A DNA stretch of 23,314 nucleotides from Catajapyx aquilonaris. Lineage: Eukaryota. A program made the position numbers and the translations under genes. Location of the stretch: the NCBI GenBank assembly GCA_000934665.2, contig JYFJ02001310.1:62001-85314 (forward strand). The letters are read 5' to 3'. This document shows, piece by piece, positions 1 to 13,314 of this stretch (its first letter is position 1; each line of letters opens with the position of its first letter). The notes under the pieces are model-generated. The model was given only the letters and a program-made list of their open reading frames with translations. It did not search any database and was not told where the DNA came from.

Positions 1-3000
1 CAAGTAGTACATACCCCTTGCTCAGGGCTGTTTCGGTGAAACTGAACAACTATTTTATGCATCGTGATTAGCAGCATCACATCGCATTTCATATGCAGTA
101 ACGCACTTACATTTAAATAATGGTACCTTTTGCAATATATGCAGACCCAGAATGAAAAGAAAATCAAAAAAGTTTAGTGAAATTTTTGCCAGAGTGAAAA
201 TTGGGTCTCTCTCTCTCTCATCTTTCTCATCATCGTTCTCTGTATATCTAACCATCACATCTCCGTCTTTATAATAATGTCAACAGTTGAGGAATCTTCG
301 CCCTCCAAGAGAGGAGCTTATGAAGAAAAAAAAACTTTCCCTGACAACCTAACGAGACTGATGCATTTTTTATACAGTGTTTAACACAATGTATAATCTT
401 GGCAGAAGTTTCCTGTCCCCCATGAATCAGAAAAACATGGTGTGGAAAGATGGCATGCATGTTGTGCCATTGGGAAAATTGTTAAAGACAGTGATGTTTC
501 TGGCTACATAAGGACGACAAAAAAAAACAGTGTCCCTGTAAGGAACCACTCCGGCGTCATTTTACGGTGTAGTCCGCCTTTAATCATTATAATAATAAAC
601 GTTATGGCAAGCAAAAGGACCTTGACATTAAAATATGTAAATATATAGGCTCAAGGGTTAGCAACAAAAAAAAAGTGGGGCATTCCAATCAGATTTTAAA
701 GTTGATTAATATTCATACTAGAAAAATCATCGCTTCGCTCGCATTTTTAAAGGGCTAGAAAGGCACTCGATTCGCTCGGTTTTTTTCTAGGCCTGCGGTG
801 GTCGAGGACATATTGCTAATTGCCATCCATCATTTATCTAGTCATATGACATCCTAGAATGCACTTCTTTCCATAGAAATTATCTCAATAATGAGTAAAG
901 AGTGTCAACAAAAGGACACTGTTTACTAACATTGTTGTGTGAGATGGCCAATCGGAAGGCTTATATCCAGCTAATATTTCAATATTAATTATTCCGGACA
1001 ACTAATCAGTACAAATCAATTGACCTGGTATATAATGCGGGAAGACAAAATATTTTCAAAGCGAAATGTCCCGTTTAATGCATGCGTAGTAGGTTATCTG
1101 GTGGACAAGTCTGGTTGCGTCGGATGTAAGTGTGTAGGACAAACAAGTTCCTCGACTTTTTCTTCGAGTATATAGAGGGGGGGTTGGTTGAGGTTGGAAA
1201 GAGAGACGAAAAAGAGCCAACCTGAGAGAAGAAGCATGGCTTGCTTTTTGAACCTCTCGTAAACCGGATTTGTGAACTTTGCCGCTCGACACAATGACCC
1301 TGAATCTCATGTGAGAGCCTATACACGAAACATTGTTGCTGTTATGTGTCTCAATCTCGTCAGGAAATGAGAAAAAATACACATTAATTACATGATTAAA
1401 TCAAAGCCATATTCAAGCTTGAAAGAGCTAGGTCACCTTTAAAGCCATCCTTCAAAAACAAAAAAAATATCCTTAATAACTTTTATTCATGGTCACTTCT
1501 ATATTCCAATTTTTTAATGCGCAGTTTATCGCGTGCAGTGTATTGTTTACGTTGCAAAAATATTATCAATAGGGTTTGTTCACATATCTGGAACAACTGA
1601 CGTATCGCGGTTTTCACCTGATGTGAAAAATTTTAAATTTGTTGTTTTGTAGCGACGGGCGACACAGTTTCTTTTGTACATTTCGGCTTGTTAGAGAGAG
1701 ATTAAAATATAAGAGACACGTGGTTCCACTCGAAGGGATTCGCACTCATTCCTAAAAATCTTCTCTTTCCGTTTTTTTTTTTTTTTGCACAACAGGCCAG
1801 TCACGCAAATCTTCTCCGCTATCGTGATTGCAGACCTACCTCAACAATATTGCTTGAGGGACATAAACGCTGGTCATGATCATATTAAAGAAGATAAGAA
1901 AAGAGGGATGATTTGCACGCAAAAAAAATCCCAAGCATCATTTCACATCTCAATGCACGAAACTGCTTAAAAATCAGGGTCGCATTTTGCACACAAAAAA
2001 AGGTTAATTAGGATTAACTCACCTGGTAATATCTCATACATTGTGGTCGATAGTCCATACCAGGCTACCACCACGTAGATAGACACTATAGTCAGTTCGT
2101 TCCTCATTGCTCTCCTTTTTTTATATAGTCTCTCAATGAAAAAAATAATTTAAAAACTGTCTTATTATACACTGTGCCAAAGTGTATTGAACCACTGGTC
2201 ACCACACTTCTGCACATAAGCCCTTCTTGTCGAAAACTGAGAGCCTTGAGAGACCTTTTTCCTTCAGCTCCACCTCTCACATGTGACTCAAACCAATCCT
2301 GGACAGCAACATTTTTTTTCTCTCTCTCTCTTCTTCTAACTTCTTCACAGCGACCTCTTTGTCCGGCCTGCGCACCTTTACAATCCACGCGGGTTTTTTC
2401 AAGGCTGCCAATTTTATTTTTTTTGTTTAAAGTTAATTCATTTTTTTTCCTCTCTCTCTCTCTTTCTCTACACTCTTCCAACTGGCTTACGTTCTTGGGT
2501 TTGGCCAATAGTTCAGGGGAAATTTTCACATGAAGGGTGGAAATTTTCTGAGATTATAATATATCCTCCATTATTTTCTTGTGGGTTTGAATTATCAGTT
2601 TGTTAATGAATAGTTTTAAGTTCTTTATATAGAAAAAAAAACGTGTCCATCGGTAGGTTGGATATGGCCATTTTCTTACGTAATGGATGGGGGGTTATCT
2701 TCCTTATAATGTCCATGACATTGGGATAGGTAGGTGCTAATTCAGTAGTTGGTTACGTAAAAATATTGTCAAATTAAAACCGATGCTTGTTGTTGATGTG
2801 TAGTCTTGCGTTCAAGGTGTATGTAGACTGTGTATTACGATGCAATAAAAATGGACGGTTGCATAATAATACTTTAGCTGACTGTCACCCGATAATATTC
2901 ACCTCATTAAAATGTGAATATGAAAATGAAACTGCGGCTATGTTTATCACACTGTTGTGTTTACATTTCCCAAATTTCTAACACACTTTCACGATACATT

Positions 3001-4729
3001 CCATGTAGCAAGTACCCTTTCCAAAAAATGTATGAAGGACATTATTATAGGCACATAAGTCACTGGGGATTTATTGCAGATTAGGAGACAATTACGGTCA
3101 GAGTTTGTATAATAGAGAGTTAGGCATGTTTTACTGCATATTTTTTCGGCAGTAAACGCTGCAGGCAATGTGACTAAATAATGTGGGGGAAGGCTACTGT
3201 AGATTAACACCTCAGTGCATGTGAAAGCCTGAATAATTGCAACACATTGGTCGACAACACGTTTTCTTGACAATAGAGAATAATCAATCAAAAAAAAAAT
3301 GGCTATTTGTCTCTCAATGAAGTGACGTCAGTCACATTTTTACCCATGATTATTCAACCGTACTTTGTGCACCAATTTATTATTTTGAAAGAGATCGCAT
3401 TGTTATGCACAATTCATATTATAAGGATTTGCCCAATAAGATATGCAATCAGTATATTGTCTAGCATTTTTCAATACAAAATTATTGTATGCAAATTTCG
3501 CATCAAAAAAAATTTCTCATCAGATAAGTGACAAGTGAAAAGGTCATTTTGAGCATTAGTTAAAATCAAAATGCCCTCAGCCTATGAATTATTATCTGAG
3601 CTCTTAACACCATAAATGGTAAACTGTTTTGATGCATTTTGCACTTTCAAAATACATTTTTTTTTTTTTTAAACAAAAGGACCATGGTGGTTAATCAATT
3701 TCTTGCACAATGTTGTTTACAAGTCTTCAGTGATTTTGCCTTTGGGTTTTTCCATGGCAAAATAATTTGAGTTTGGATGACCTCAGAGAAAGCTGGCTCG
3801 AGTGTTGATACATAAAAAAAAAAAAGATAACCTGAAAGAGAAGAGTTGGGGGCGGTATTTTTGGAAGTTTGTGAGTGCCCTTGGCCCACATTTGGTCAAC
3901 CTTAACACTCCTTCTTGACCAACACACACAAAAAAAATATAAAAGGCCTAAAGAGCGTATCATATATGTTAATGAGCCGGCAGACAATATTAATGTTTTT
4001 TGCAACACACCCATAATAATCCGTATTTACGTGACTCGTTCGTATTATGTAATTTAAAGAATCCTAGTGGCCTCTCAGAGAGTGGCTCAAAACATGAACT
4101 CCTTGGGCATTTACCTGATGCCACGGCTCTATGATTAGTAATTATCCGTGTAGGAGTAGTGGTCAAGGGTATGGGGCAATAGAGCAAAAAACCAAAGTTG
4201 TCAAGCAGGATTTTTATTATGGCATCCTTTTACATTTGAAGCGCTACAAAGATTGGTTACGTTCTGGTCAACACCTGTGTTGCCTTCCGTACACATCCCT
4301 TCCGCCACACGAAAATGCGGCATGAAAGCAACTGATGGATGCCTCTCGCAGGTGGACTTTCTATGCGTCCCCAAATTTGGAGCTCCATTCTTTTATCTAT
4401 AAATATCACCCACTTCTGAGCACTTCCCTTTACTTGCATGGGATTAGGTAACAGATAATCCTTTCTCTCATCGTCGCTGATTGAAAGGGAAAACGACCAG
4501 CGTTGCAAGCAACTTCCGACATTTTTATTTTTATTTAATTGCGTTGATGTTACACTCGGGTTATGATTAAGTGTTATCAGTCATCATTTGAATACTGACT
4601 CCTTTTTTTTTTTTTGCATGGGCACATTATTCACACTGGGTTGGCAACCCAAACAAATACAAACTGGCCACTAGTGTTTCCTCTAGTAGGACTCCCCTTA
4701 CCGGTAAAGGAAATTGCTTCATAGCATTA

Positions 4730-4735
4730 TTTATT
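4730..4735 (-). terminator. Candidate polyadenylation signal of ECM29
   Basis: AATAAA on the minus strand about 47 nt after the TGA at 4782-4784. Confidence 0.5.
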
Positions 4736-4781
4736 TCTCAAAAAAGTGCTCTTGGTATTGGGGGTTTAAAATATGATTTGG

Positions 4782-7700
4782 TCACACCCATATGTTCTTG
4801 ACCCTCCTCGCCAGTTCACACACTTCTGGTTGACCGTCGCTGCATAGGTCAAAAACGCTCTTCTGAACACCTTCGCCCATCTTCATTGCTTGGTCCAACT
4901 GCTTTACGTCTGAAACCATTTGAAAACCGCCTTATATTAAAGGACACTTGCTCTTGTTCTCGTTAACACAAAATATTGCGATGTGTCCAAGGGCACGTCT
5001 CTCAATAATTTGTGCAATGGCCTTCAATAATTTTTCCGGAGGCCCGACTGAATGTTCCATGAGGTTGCAGATAATACCTGATTTATTAGTGTAGTAAAGG
5101 TAATTGCCATGAGGCACTGTTATAGCTTTAAAAATGGCACATGGCTTTATCGCATGGGTTCTGGCAAAAAAAAGGATCTGTGAAGTTTACAGCTTTAGTA
5201 CATGATGGGCTATGAATTCATAGAGGTCCAATCTCAACAGGTAGCGCATAGCACATATACCTTCTTCATCTGCATTACCTCTGGTAAAATCGAGTAAAAT
5301 ACTGAAACTGCTGCGTTAACGATGATGAGGGAATTGTTGCAGCTATGTTCACAGGAGGCTATTTCTCTTCAGATACTGGCAGGAAATTCTCATCAGGTGC
5401 AGTTTTTTGTCGTATTGCTTTACAGACATGTTTTTAAGCAACTGGTAAAAGCACACAGCATGTTATTGCGAAGCCACGATAAGGTCAGTTACGCAATATA
5501 CTGTACTCCAGTATTTTATCCTCAAAATACATCGGTACTGAGAGAATAATCACCAGAAAGACCAACAAAAAGTAGGATGAATTCGTAGAAAGCATGACAT
5601 AAATCGTTTCTCGGAACATGTTTTGTCTACACATCTGCAACAAATTATTTCGCTAAAAGACAGAATTAGCAGGGAATTTTTTTCGCCTATTTTTAAAAGG
5701 GGAAGTTGAAGTAGGAGAATGGTGAGAGGAGAATGAGCAGTCAGCTCAGCTGTGAAGAAACTAAAAGTCCCTAGGCTGATATAGGCCAAGGAAGATAGCT
5801 AACATTAGTGAAGCCATTATAACTATTATGAACCGCATCAAACCTCTCCATAACCGAGTCATTCGATTGTGCACAATTTTCCGCAGTGAACAGGTTTACA
5901 TTTGAATTGCGACAGAACACGCTAAAAATCTTGTCACGACCAAAGAAATGTTTTGTATTGCTTTCAGGGTTCATTATAATCTGGCTTCATTGTATGATCG
6001 TTATTAAACTATGAGGTGCGATTAATGAGTATGGCCTTGGCATGAGGAAGACTGCTCGGCATATTGTACAGGTTTATGTGAGTAGCACCTGCAAAACTTC
6101 CACAGTTACCCATACAACTGAACAGCGATATAGATAGTCAGGTGACACATTAACACATACCTTTCAGAGCAATTATCACATTCTCCAGGACTGACAGACC
6201 TTCCTTCTTAATTCTGCTGAACTTGCTCATAGCTGTTGAGAATAAAACAACCACGTTGCAGATTAAAGAAATTGGTTGCGTCCCAGTGCATGTACTCACC
6301 AAAGGCATGTGTGACAATCTTGCCGACAGCAGCCAGAACCATGCCCAGTTCCATCCCTCCGCCTCCTCCGTCTCCTTGCAAGGGAATCCATCTGGTGGCC
6401 ACCTTTCCTGTTGCCATTACAATGGCCACCTGAACTGGTCGCGTGCTTGTGACCACGCTGGTGGTGAGAAGGTGCAGGAAGGTGGATATGTGCCGCTGTT
6501 GCGACTCTCCAAGCTCTGGCCAGGCATTTCCGAGAGCTAGAAAGGCAGTCTCTCGGGTGAGGAGTAGCTCATCCTGATCTGAATCCTCCGAGTCCTGTGA
6601 GTTCCCGTTGGCGTCTTGGATTAGCAGAGGCGAAGTGATCTCATACAAGTCGCCGAAACGATCCATCTTCAATGCCTCCACGACACAACCAGTGGTCTGT
6701 AATGAGCGGATACGCAGCTGTTAGTACCAAAGCGTTTCAAGGAAAGGCAAATGCCAAACCTACCTTCAAAGCATGCCTCTTGTAGCCTAAGCTTTCCTTT
6801 CGGCACTCCTTAAGTAAGGCTTCAACCACTGCCACTAAGCTGACTTCCCCGTCTGGTCCCTCCATTGGCAGTGCCTTTGGAAGTGTGTCCTTGCAGCTGA
6901 CGCACATTTCTTCCAGAGCTTTCAAGAGATTCTCCTTTCCTGCCCATGTCCTCCCGGGTAAACCAGACACCAGAACCTCAACGATGGACCTCTGGTGAGA
7001 TGTGTCCAGGTTCGATTTAAGAGTAGATGCAACTGTGCCCATGGCTGCGGCAGCCTGTGCCTTGCGGCTCCAGCTTTGGGATTCCAGACCAATCTTCAGA
7101 ACCTGAGGAAATATTGCGGCCCAGTTAATCTCGTATGTAGATACACTAATAATGTAACTTCACCTCCAGTATTTCCGTGAGATAGAGCCTCACTCCGGCC
7201 TCATTTCCTGGTGCAACCTCCGTCCAGACCTCCTCCCAAACCTTGCGCATCTCGACAGCTTCTTCCCCTTCGTTAGCCCTTGAATGCTTAGCTAGGAAAG
7301 CCAGTGGCAATATTGCACATGCATGTGCTGCAGCCACATCAGGACTATTTCGTGCCAAGGCCTGAAGAGTATAGGCACAGGAAGTCTGCACATTCTCCTC
7401 GTCCTTCTCCATGTACCATCCTCTCAACTTGTCAGTTAGCTTCTCCATGTTGGAGTCCTTGGCTGTGCGCGCCACGTAACTGATGGAGGTTGCGGCATTG
7501 CGACGAATGGCTGCATTGCGGTTGGCCAGGCAATGCACTAGTGACGTCAGGATTTTACCCGAGTAAGGCTGCAGGTCTTGAGGGCAGTGATGCACTAGAT
7601 GCACTATCACATGCATGCAGCCAGCCTTAGTGCCCAGACCAACCGAGTTCTTCATCAGCTCCAGAAGACGAGGGATAAGCTCCTCGAGGGTATTCCCATC

Positions 7701-10700
7701 AACATATTGAAGCGACTGGAAGGAAAAGTCACAACTTCATTTCTCAAGAATATATGCATTGAACATTTAACAATACATGTACGGTGTGTAAAAAAGTATT
7801 CAGATCACTTCTTGGCTTAACTCACATTTTGCACTGTCTCCATCATGGGGGAGGATTTCGCAGCAGCAATTCTGGCCATATCAAACGTCTCCTGTGCCTT
7901 CTTCTCTGTGCCTAGCCTCGTACTCAAGTAATTGAGTGCCTGACTCTCAGTCTGTCCTGTGGCTTCCAACAGTGCCACCAGTAAAAGTGGTAGATGTGGC
8001 TTAAGCAGGGGACCGGCTGACTTGGCCACTGATGATAAAGTCTCAAGGCTCACCGATCTCACTTCGGCCACAGGACTGCCGAGGCCAGTCTTGAGCAACA
8101 CTGGGAGCAATATCTGCACACATTGTCCCGCAGTTTTTCCAGTGTTGGCTTCACACATACGGACACACACACGACTCAGCGTTTTCAATGTGGATTCTGC
8201 GGTCTTTCGCACAGACTCTTTCACATCATCCTGAACCCGAAACAGGCTCGCCCATAGCTCCGGCATTAAATCAAGTTCTCCATCAAGGGTGCGTCCATGC
8301 AGCAGATCAGACAATGCAACACATGATGATTCACGAACGCGCCACTGTGGGCTGGTTAGATTGGTTGAAATGTCTATCAGTATCTCGTGAAAGTACATGG
8401 TAACCATCTTCTGCGGTTCCTGTACAAGTGCTGACCAAATTCCGGACATTGACTGCTGAATGCGTGGTGACGGATCGAACCGGTAGCGATAAAGCCTTGG
8501 AATAATCTTAGGCAAATGTGGTGAGAGCTGCTCCCCAGCCTTTTCTGCGATGGTTGCAAACCCAAAGGCAGCTCCACGTTTTGAATTCCATATTGCGTTG
8601 TGATTAGCCAAGTGCATGAACTTGTAAATGAGGTCTGGCTGGTTGAGATCTGAAGCCAGTGAGCACAGTTCCTTGTAAGTGGAGAGGTTTCCACCGACAG
8701 GATTCTTCCCGAAGGCACCTTCCTCAAATAGCTTGGTGTCGGAGGTCACCTGCTGCGGTTGGCGGGTGCCCACTGCCAGGGTCTCCACCAGGGTTTTGAC
8801 TAGGCCCGATTGCTGCTCCAGAGAAGAGCACTCATACACCAAGCCCAGGCCTTTCGAAGCCACATCTTGGATCAAATCTAAGCAAAATAGAGCGAGCTGC
8901 GGTTAAGTTCAATTATTGTACAATGCTACTGACATAATGAAAACATTATCTTTAAAAAAATGCTTTCGTATGTAAACAAAATTTGCGGCTGAATGACATT
9001 AGAATTACCATTGTTGTCCGATAGCAAGTTCAGAAAGGCAGATTGCAAGTGTTCAAGGCGATTCTTCAGCTCTGCGCAATGACTGCAACGCTTTACCAGT
9101 GAGAGCAACCATACGCTGGATGCCTGAAAAACAACCCAATCGTTAGTCATCAGTTACCAAGATTTGCTGCACGTAAGGAGACAAACTGAGGAAATGCATC
9201 AGACCTGTTTGATGTTTGGATGACTGCTGCGAACATGCTTCTCAAGCAATTCCTTCAAGAGCCAACTGAGGTCCTCCACAGCGTACTGTTGAGATGCGGG
9301 TACGTAGTTCTTTTCCGTCACTGTCCAGTAGTCCCGTCCGTTGGGACAAGTAGGCCCTAGCACGCAGAAGACCAAGGCTTCACCCACGCTGAAGTAGACC
9401 TCGATATCCTTCACTTCGCGAGGCAGCTCCAAAAAGCCTTCCATTGCGGCACGAATATGCGGAAAGGCAGGGTCCCCAATGCAGAGGCTCCCTGCGGCAA
9501 GTGCAGCACGTTCACGAAGCCTAGGAGAAAGTTTGGCGTCGCTGGTCATCTGCAGAAGGCGTTTCAAAACTCCAAGCTTGGATTTGATATCATCTCCATC
9601 GCTAGTGTCCGGGAATGGAAGCGGGCCAAAGCGGCCAACCTCGACAATGGCAGCGCAGGCGGCTGAGAGAGGCAGGGCATGCTGGTGGTTCAGGTGGGAA
9701 ACTGTTGGGAGAAACGTGAAGACATGAGTGCCTACATTTTAGACACAAGAGTGGATGCTTACCAATGCACTCAATGCCTTCTCTGTAAAGTCCCCACTTT
9801 GCAAGTGAGCCAAAGTCCGATCGGAACTGGAGATGTGTTTTGCGACCAAGGCTGTACCCAATGGCTAAGAGGTAGCCATGCTGGAGCTCCAAATTCTGTT
9901 GGTGTGAAAAACCGGTTAACGTTCCTCCCAAATGATTGCAAACGAGGTCGCAATACCTTGTCATTAACGCCTGCCACCAGATCCTTCACGGCTTTGTTGA
10001 ATTCATCATCGGAGAGGGCCACTGACGCAATGACCCCAAAGAGCTCAGAAGCTGCCTCCCTGAGCTCCACCTTGGCTGACGCCATAAACGCCTTCACCAC
10101 CTCCAACTTGGACGTATATTGTGCGGCAAGCACCTGAGGCAGACATGCCACACATTCCAGAAGGCAGGCCATGGCCACTGGACCCGAGTTGGTCTTCAGC
10201 AGCATTTCAGTCAGACCAAGAAAGCCTGACACCACAGGTCGGTTGGTGGACACCAGGTTCTTCAAATAGGAGCCCACGGTGGGGGCGTTTTCTCGGATGA
10301 TGGGACCAATATCCTTGGTTCGAACAGGCACACCTGAGCTCTGGGCCAGGCATAAGCGGAGGAATGTCAAGGCCTGAAAGGAGCGGAAATGTCAAAATTG
10401 CTTTCAAAAAAGTGGCTGGAAAAGTAATAGTGTCGATATACATGGATACAGCTTTAAGGAATTCTCACCTCCGAGCATGTCCCAGGACTGAATGGCAACG
10501 TCTGGTTTCCAAACGAGTATCCCCCTTTCCCGCTACCCTGTGTTCCACTGGCCTTCTCCCAAATGAAAGCTGCCATTGTGTCGAATGTGGGGAGGTCCAG
10601 AGCTGTGTCTGACTCCTCCCCACTTCTCGCTCCTCCAAGCTGCCCATACAAGCACTTGATTGCTTCAGAACAAACTTCCTCAGCATTGTCCCCTGCAGCT

Positions 10701-12963
10701 ACCAGCAGCACAAATCGAGATGGGACATGGGTCGGTGGGAAGACGACTGAGGCGTACTTTACGGAAACCAGTCTAACGGACGGCTCAGGTTTTGCAACCG
10801 ATGTTGAGACTAAGGCTTCCATCAATTTCTGGTTTGCAGGCTCCAGGTTGCGGAAGGCAGGAGCCATGTACGAAAGGCTTTGCTGTACTGCCTGCTGGGT
10901 CTCCCGCTCCTCTTGGCAGAGCGCTTCAAAAAAGGTTTGCAACAATGCCATGTCCTTGGTCACCAGCTGGGGAAGCTTCATCCCTAGTTTCCCAATGGCC
11001 ACGTACGCCATGCTACGCAACTGTGGCTCTTCTTTCGACTGGGCAATAAGCTTCAGCAATCCGGACATCAGGACGCCACCGATTGGGCTCAGTCGGCTTT
11101 CGGGGCACACAAGTACAATCTGCATGACAAACTGCAGAGCCTTGTCCTTCATCTTCGCGTTGGTATTGCTTCCATAAAGAGAGTCAAACACGACCTGGAT
11201 GCATGAGGGGAATTGCATGGCAGCCTCCCTGGAGCGAACCAGGTATGGCAAGATCCTCATGCGGATCCGGGTGCTGGCAGGAGTCCGCTTCAGTTCAGGC
11301 TTGATGCTCACTTTCTCCTTCGACACCACCGTGCCCAAGAAGATGGAGTACAGCTTCGATATTATTGCTGCATTGCTCCACTCCATGTTGCTACGTAAAA
11401 ATTACAAGGTCGTTAGAAATCAGGTGTCCGTAATAAACTTCAAGGGTAGTCACCTGGCATTCCGTTTAAGCTCCATGTCGCCTGCACTGGCAACCCCAAA
11501 TCTGGTGTCAGCTGCGGCAACCACCATGTGACAGATGATGTCCTGCTCCGGAACAACTCCTGCGCTGAGAAACTTCACTAGCCCGACTTTAGCCTGCTCC
11601 AACTCCTCCGGTTTCATCGGGGTCTCACCCATCACACGCTTAAAAGTGTACTCGCTCATTCCTGGTGGTATCTGCAGCGATGTGTTGCTTCCTGATTGAC
11701 CCTGGGATCTGGTCATAGGTGGAGGTGCAACGCTAACAAAATTAACAAATTATTTTCCACCACCGATTACTGATAAGGACGTTATCTTACCCGTATGGCA
11801 AGAGTAGCAAATCCAGCATAAAATCCAACAGCAGCTTGGTCACCATTGGCCTCTCCTGCAGACCAAACATCGTCGATTGCTTTTGCGGATCGGAAGGCAC
11901 TTTAACATGTGCAAACACAGGCATCAGCATCAGAAGCAAGCTGCAAAAGTGATTTGCCATGGTAAATTCGGTCACAGTTTCTCCACTTGTTTACATGTTT
12001 GATCGGCGATGTCATCGCTGCAACATCGACGATCAAATCGCTCACATGTAAACGCAGCTTAACGGTGTATTTTACCTGTCCTGATGAGATTGCGGTTTGC
12101 CCTCGAGGCAGTTGAGAACACACGGCAGCAGCTCCGCTTGCTTGCTCATCTCCATTCGTGGGTAACCCAATTTGATGTAGATTATTGTGAAGTTCTGCCG
12201 GAAAAGTGTGGCGTTAACGACGCAATGTCAGTATGAAACGCAGCCAATATACTTACAGTGACAAATGACGTCGCCGCAGGATCTTGGTACTGCAGCAAAA
12301 GTGCTTCAACCGGCAGCTGAACTTTTGGACGACTCTTAATACGTTTGTTTATATGCACCAGAAGCTCCATCACCTACGTTTTTCATCAGATAATATCCAT
12401 CAAACCGTGTCGTATTTGTGATGTTAATGTAAAACGGTACGCACCTTTTTGCGTACACCTTCCTGCTGACTGGACAGCTTGAGCAGAACGGGCGGCAGAA
12501 ACTTGGACACTGCGCTCTGGAGGTCATCGTCCGACTCGGCTGAACCAATTCGCAGAAACACACGCTCTAAAAGCGCTGGAAAAAATATAGCGACATAAAC
12601 TTCGATGTCAAATATTGTGCACAAATAAAAGACAGTATTTGGCTGGTTATTAACAATATTTTTAACACATTTTAACATTTAAAATTTTGGCCCAACGCAA
12701 TTAAAAATTACATGTATTCCAACATGGAACGCAATAAATTCTCTAAAAAGTGTTCCAATCCATGCTGTTCACACTATGAACCATAAATTAAGACACATAA
12801 ACATTCAAACCCCCCCTTAAAAATCGTGCCTGTTCCATTCATGACTATTTTTATTACCAAACTAGATCAAAACCGGGTCATAAATATTTTATTAATATAA
12901 GAGAAAATATGGGAAAAAGAACGGAGGAAAATTCTTACTCAGCTCATCCGTGGCAGCGGCCAT
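4782..12963 (-). CDS. ECM29: Proteasome adapter and scaffold protein ECM29 (HEAT-repeat), 17 coding exons, about 1814 aa, apparently intact
   Basis: The spliced N-terminus [84 protein letters not shown] and internal motifs ([59 protein letters not shown]) match ECM29/ECPAS as I recall it. Exons, all GT-AG and phase-consistent: 12939-12963, 12445-12575, 12257-12373, 12076-12194, 11791-11940, 11454-11732, 10469-11390, 9957-10373, 9763-9895, 9205-9701, 9009-9123, 7826-8877, 7164-7715, 6764-7102, 6300-6696, 6161-6232, 4782-4909; total 5445 nt. The last exon (DVKQLDQ...[18 protein letters not shown]) resembles the ECM29 C-terminus but is the least certain. Confidence 0.96.
11989..12059. mobile_element. 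Small Harbinger-like MITE remnant in ECM29 intron 4
   Basis: Imperfect inverted repeat GTTTACATGT..TTGATCG / CGATCAAATCGCTCACATGTAAAC. The right end (CACATGTAAACGCAGCT, followed by TAA) resembles the element at 17239-17381. Confidence 0.55.
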
Positions 12964-13314
12964 CTTTTTTTAAATATATTAAACAGAACAGGAAAGAAGA
13001 GGTCACGACGATCTGGCAAGTCACGACCGTATGACCTAAATTAACGTAATTAAACTGCTGGTAATTAATAGCGGGTCTTATTATAATTAATGGAATGCGT
13101 AACACGGTTTTAAATGGATGAAAAGTATCGACTTGAAATATTACTAGAATCGTTCGCCGGTCAACGACCGGGTAAAAAGAAATCAATGGTTTAATATCAA
13201 TTATTTTATCTAATATTATTTAAATGTTGTTTAATTATTTATTCAGTAACAATTGTGTCAAATATGAGTGTAAAATAAGTTCAATGAATGATCTGGTAAC
13301 CCTGAGCACGTCAG

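Noticed and set aside
2104..2533. 141-aa (-) and 119-aa (+) ORFs
   Set aside because: Largely produced by (AG)n and poly-A/T low complexity; no recognisable domain.
3490..3527. CTGATGA...CGAAA on the minus strand
   Set aside because: The intervening sequence cannot form hammerhead stem II.
4257..4523. Possible first exon MSEVACNAGRFPF... on the minus strand
   Set aside because: The frame stops after 30 codons and no compatible downstream exon was found.
6223..11531. Multiple + strand ORFs overlapping ECM29 (for example 10563-11177, 9679-10137)
   Set aside because: Antisense shadows of ECM29 exons with no independent coding signal.
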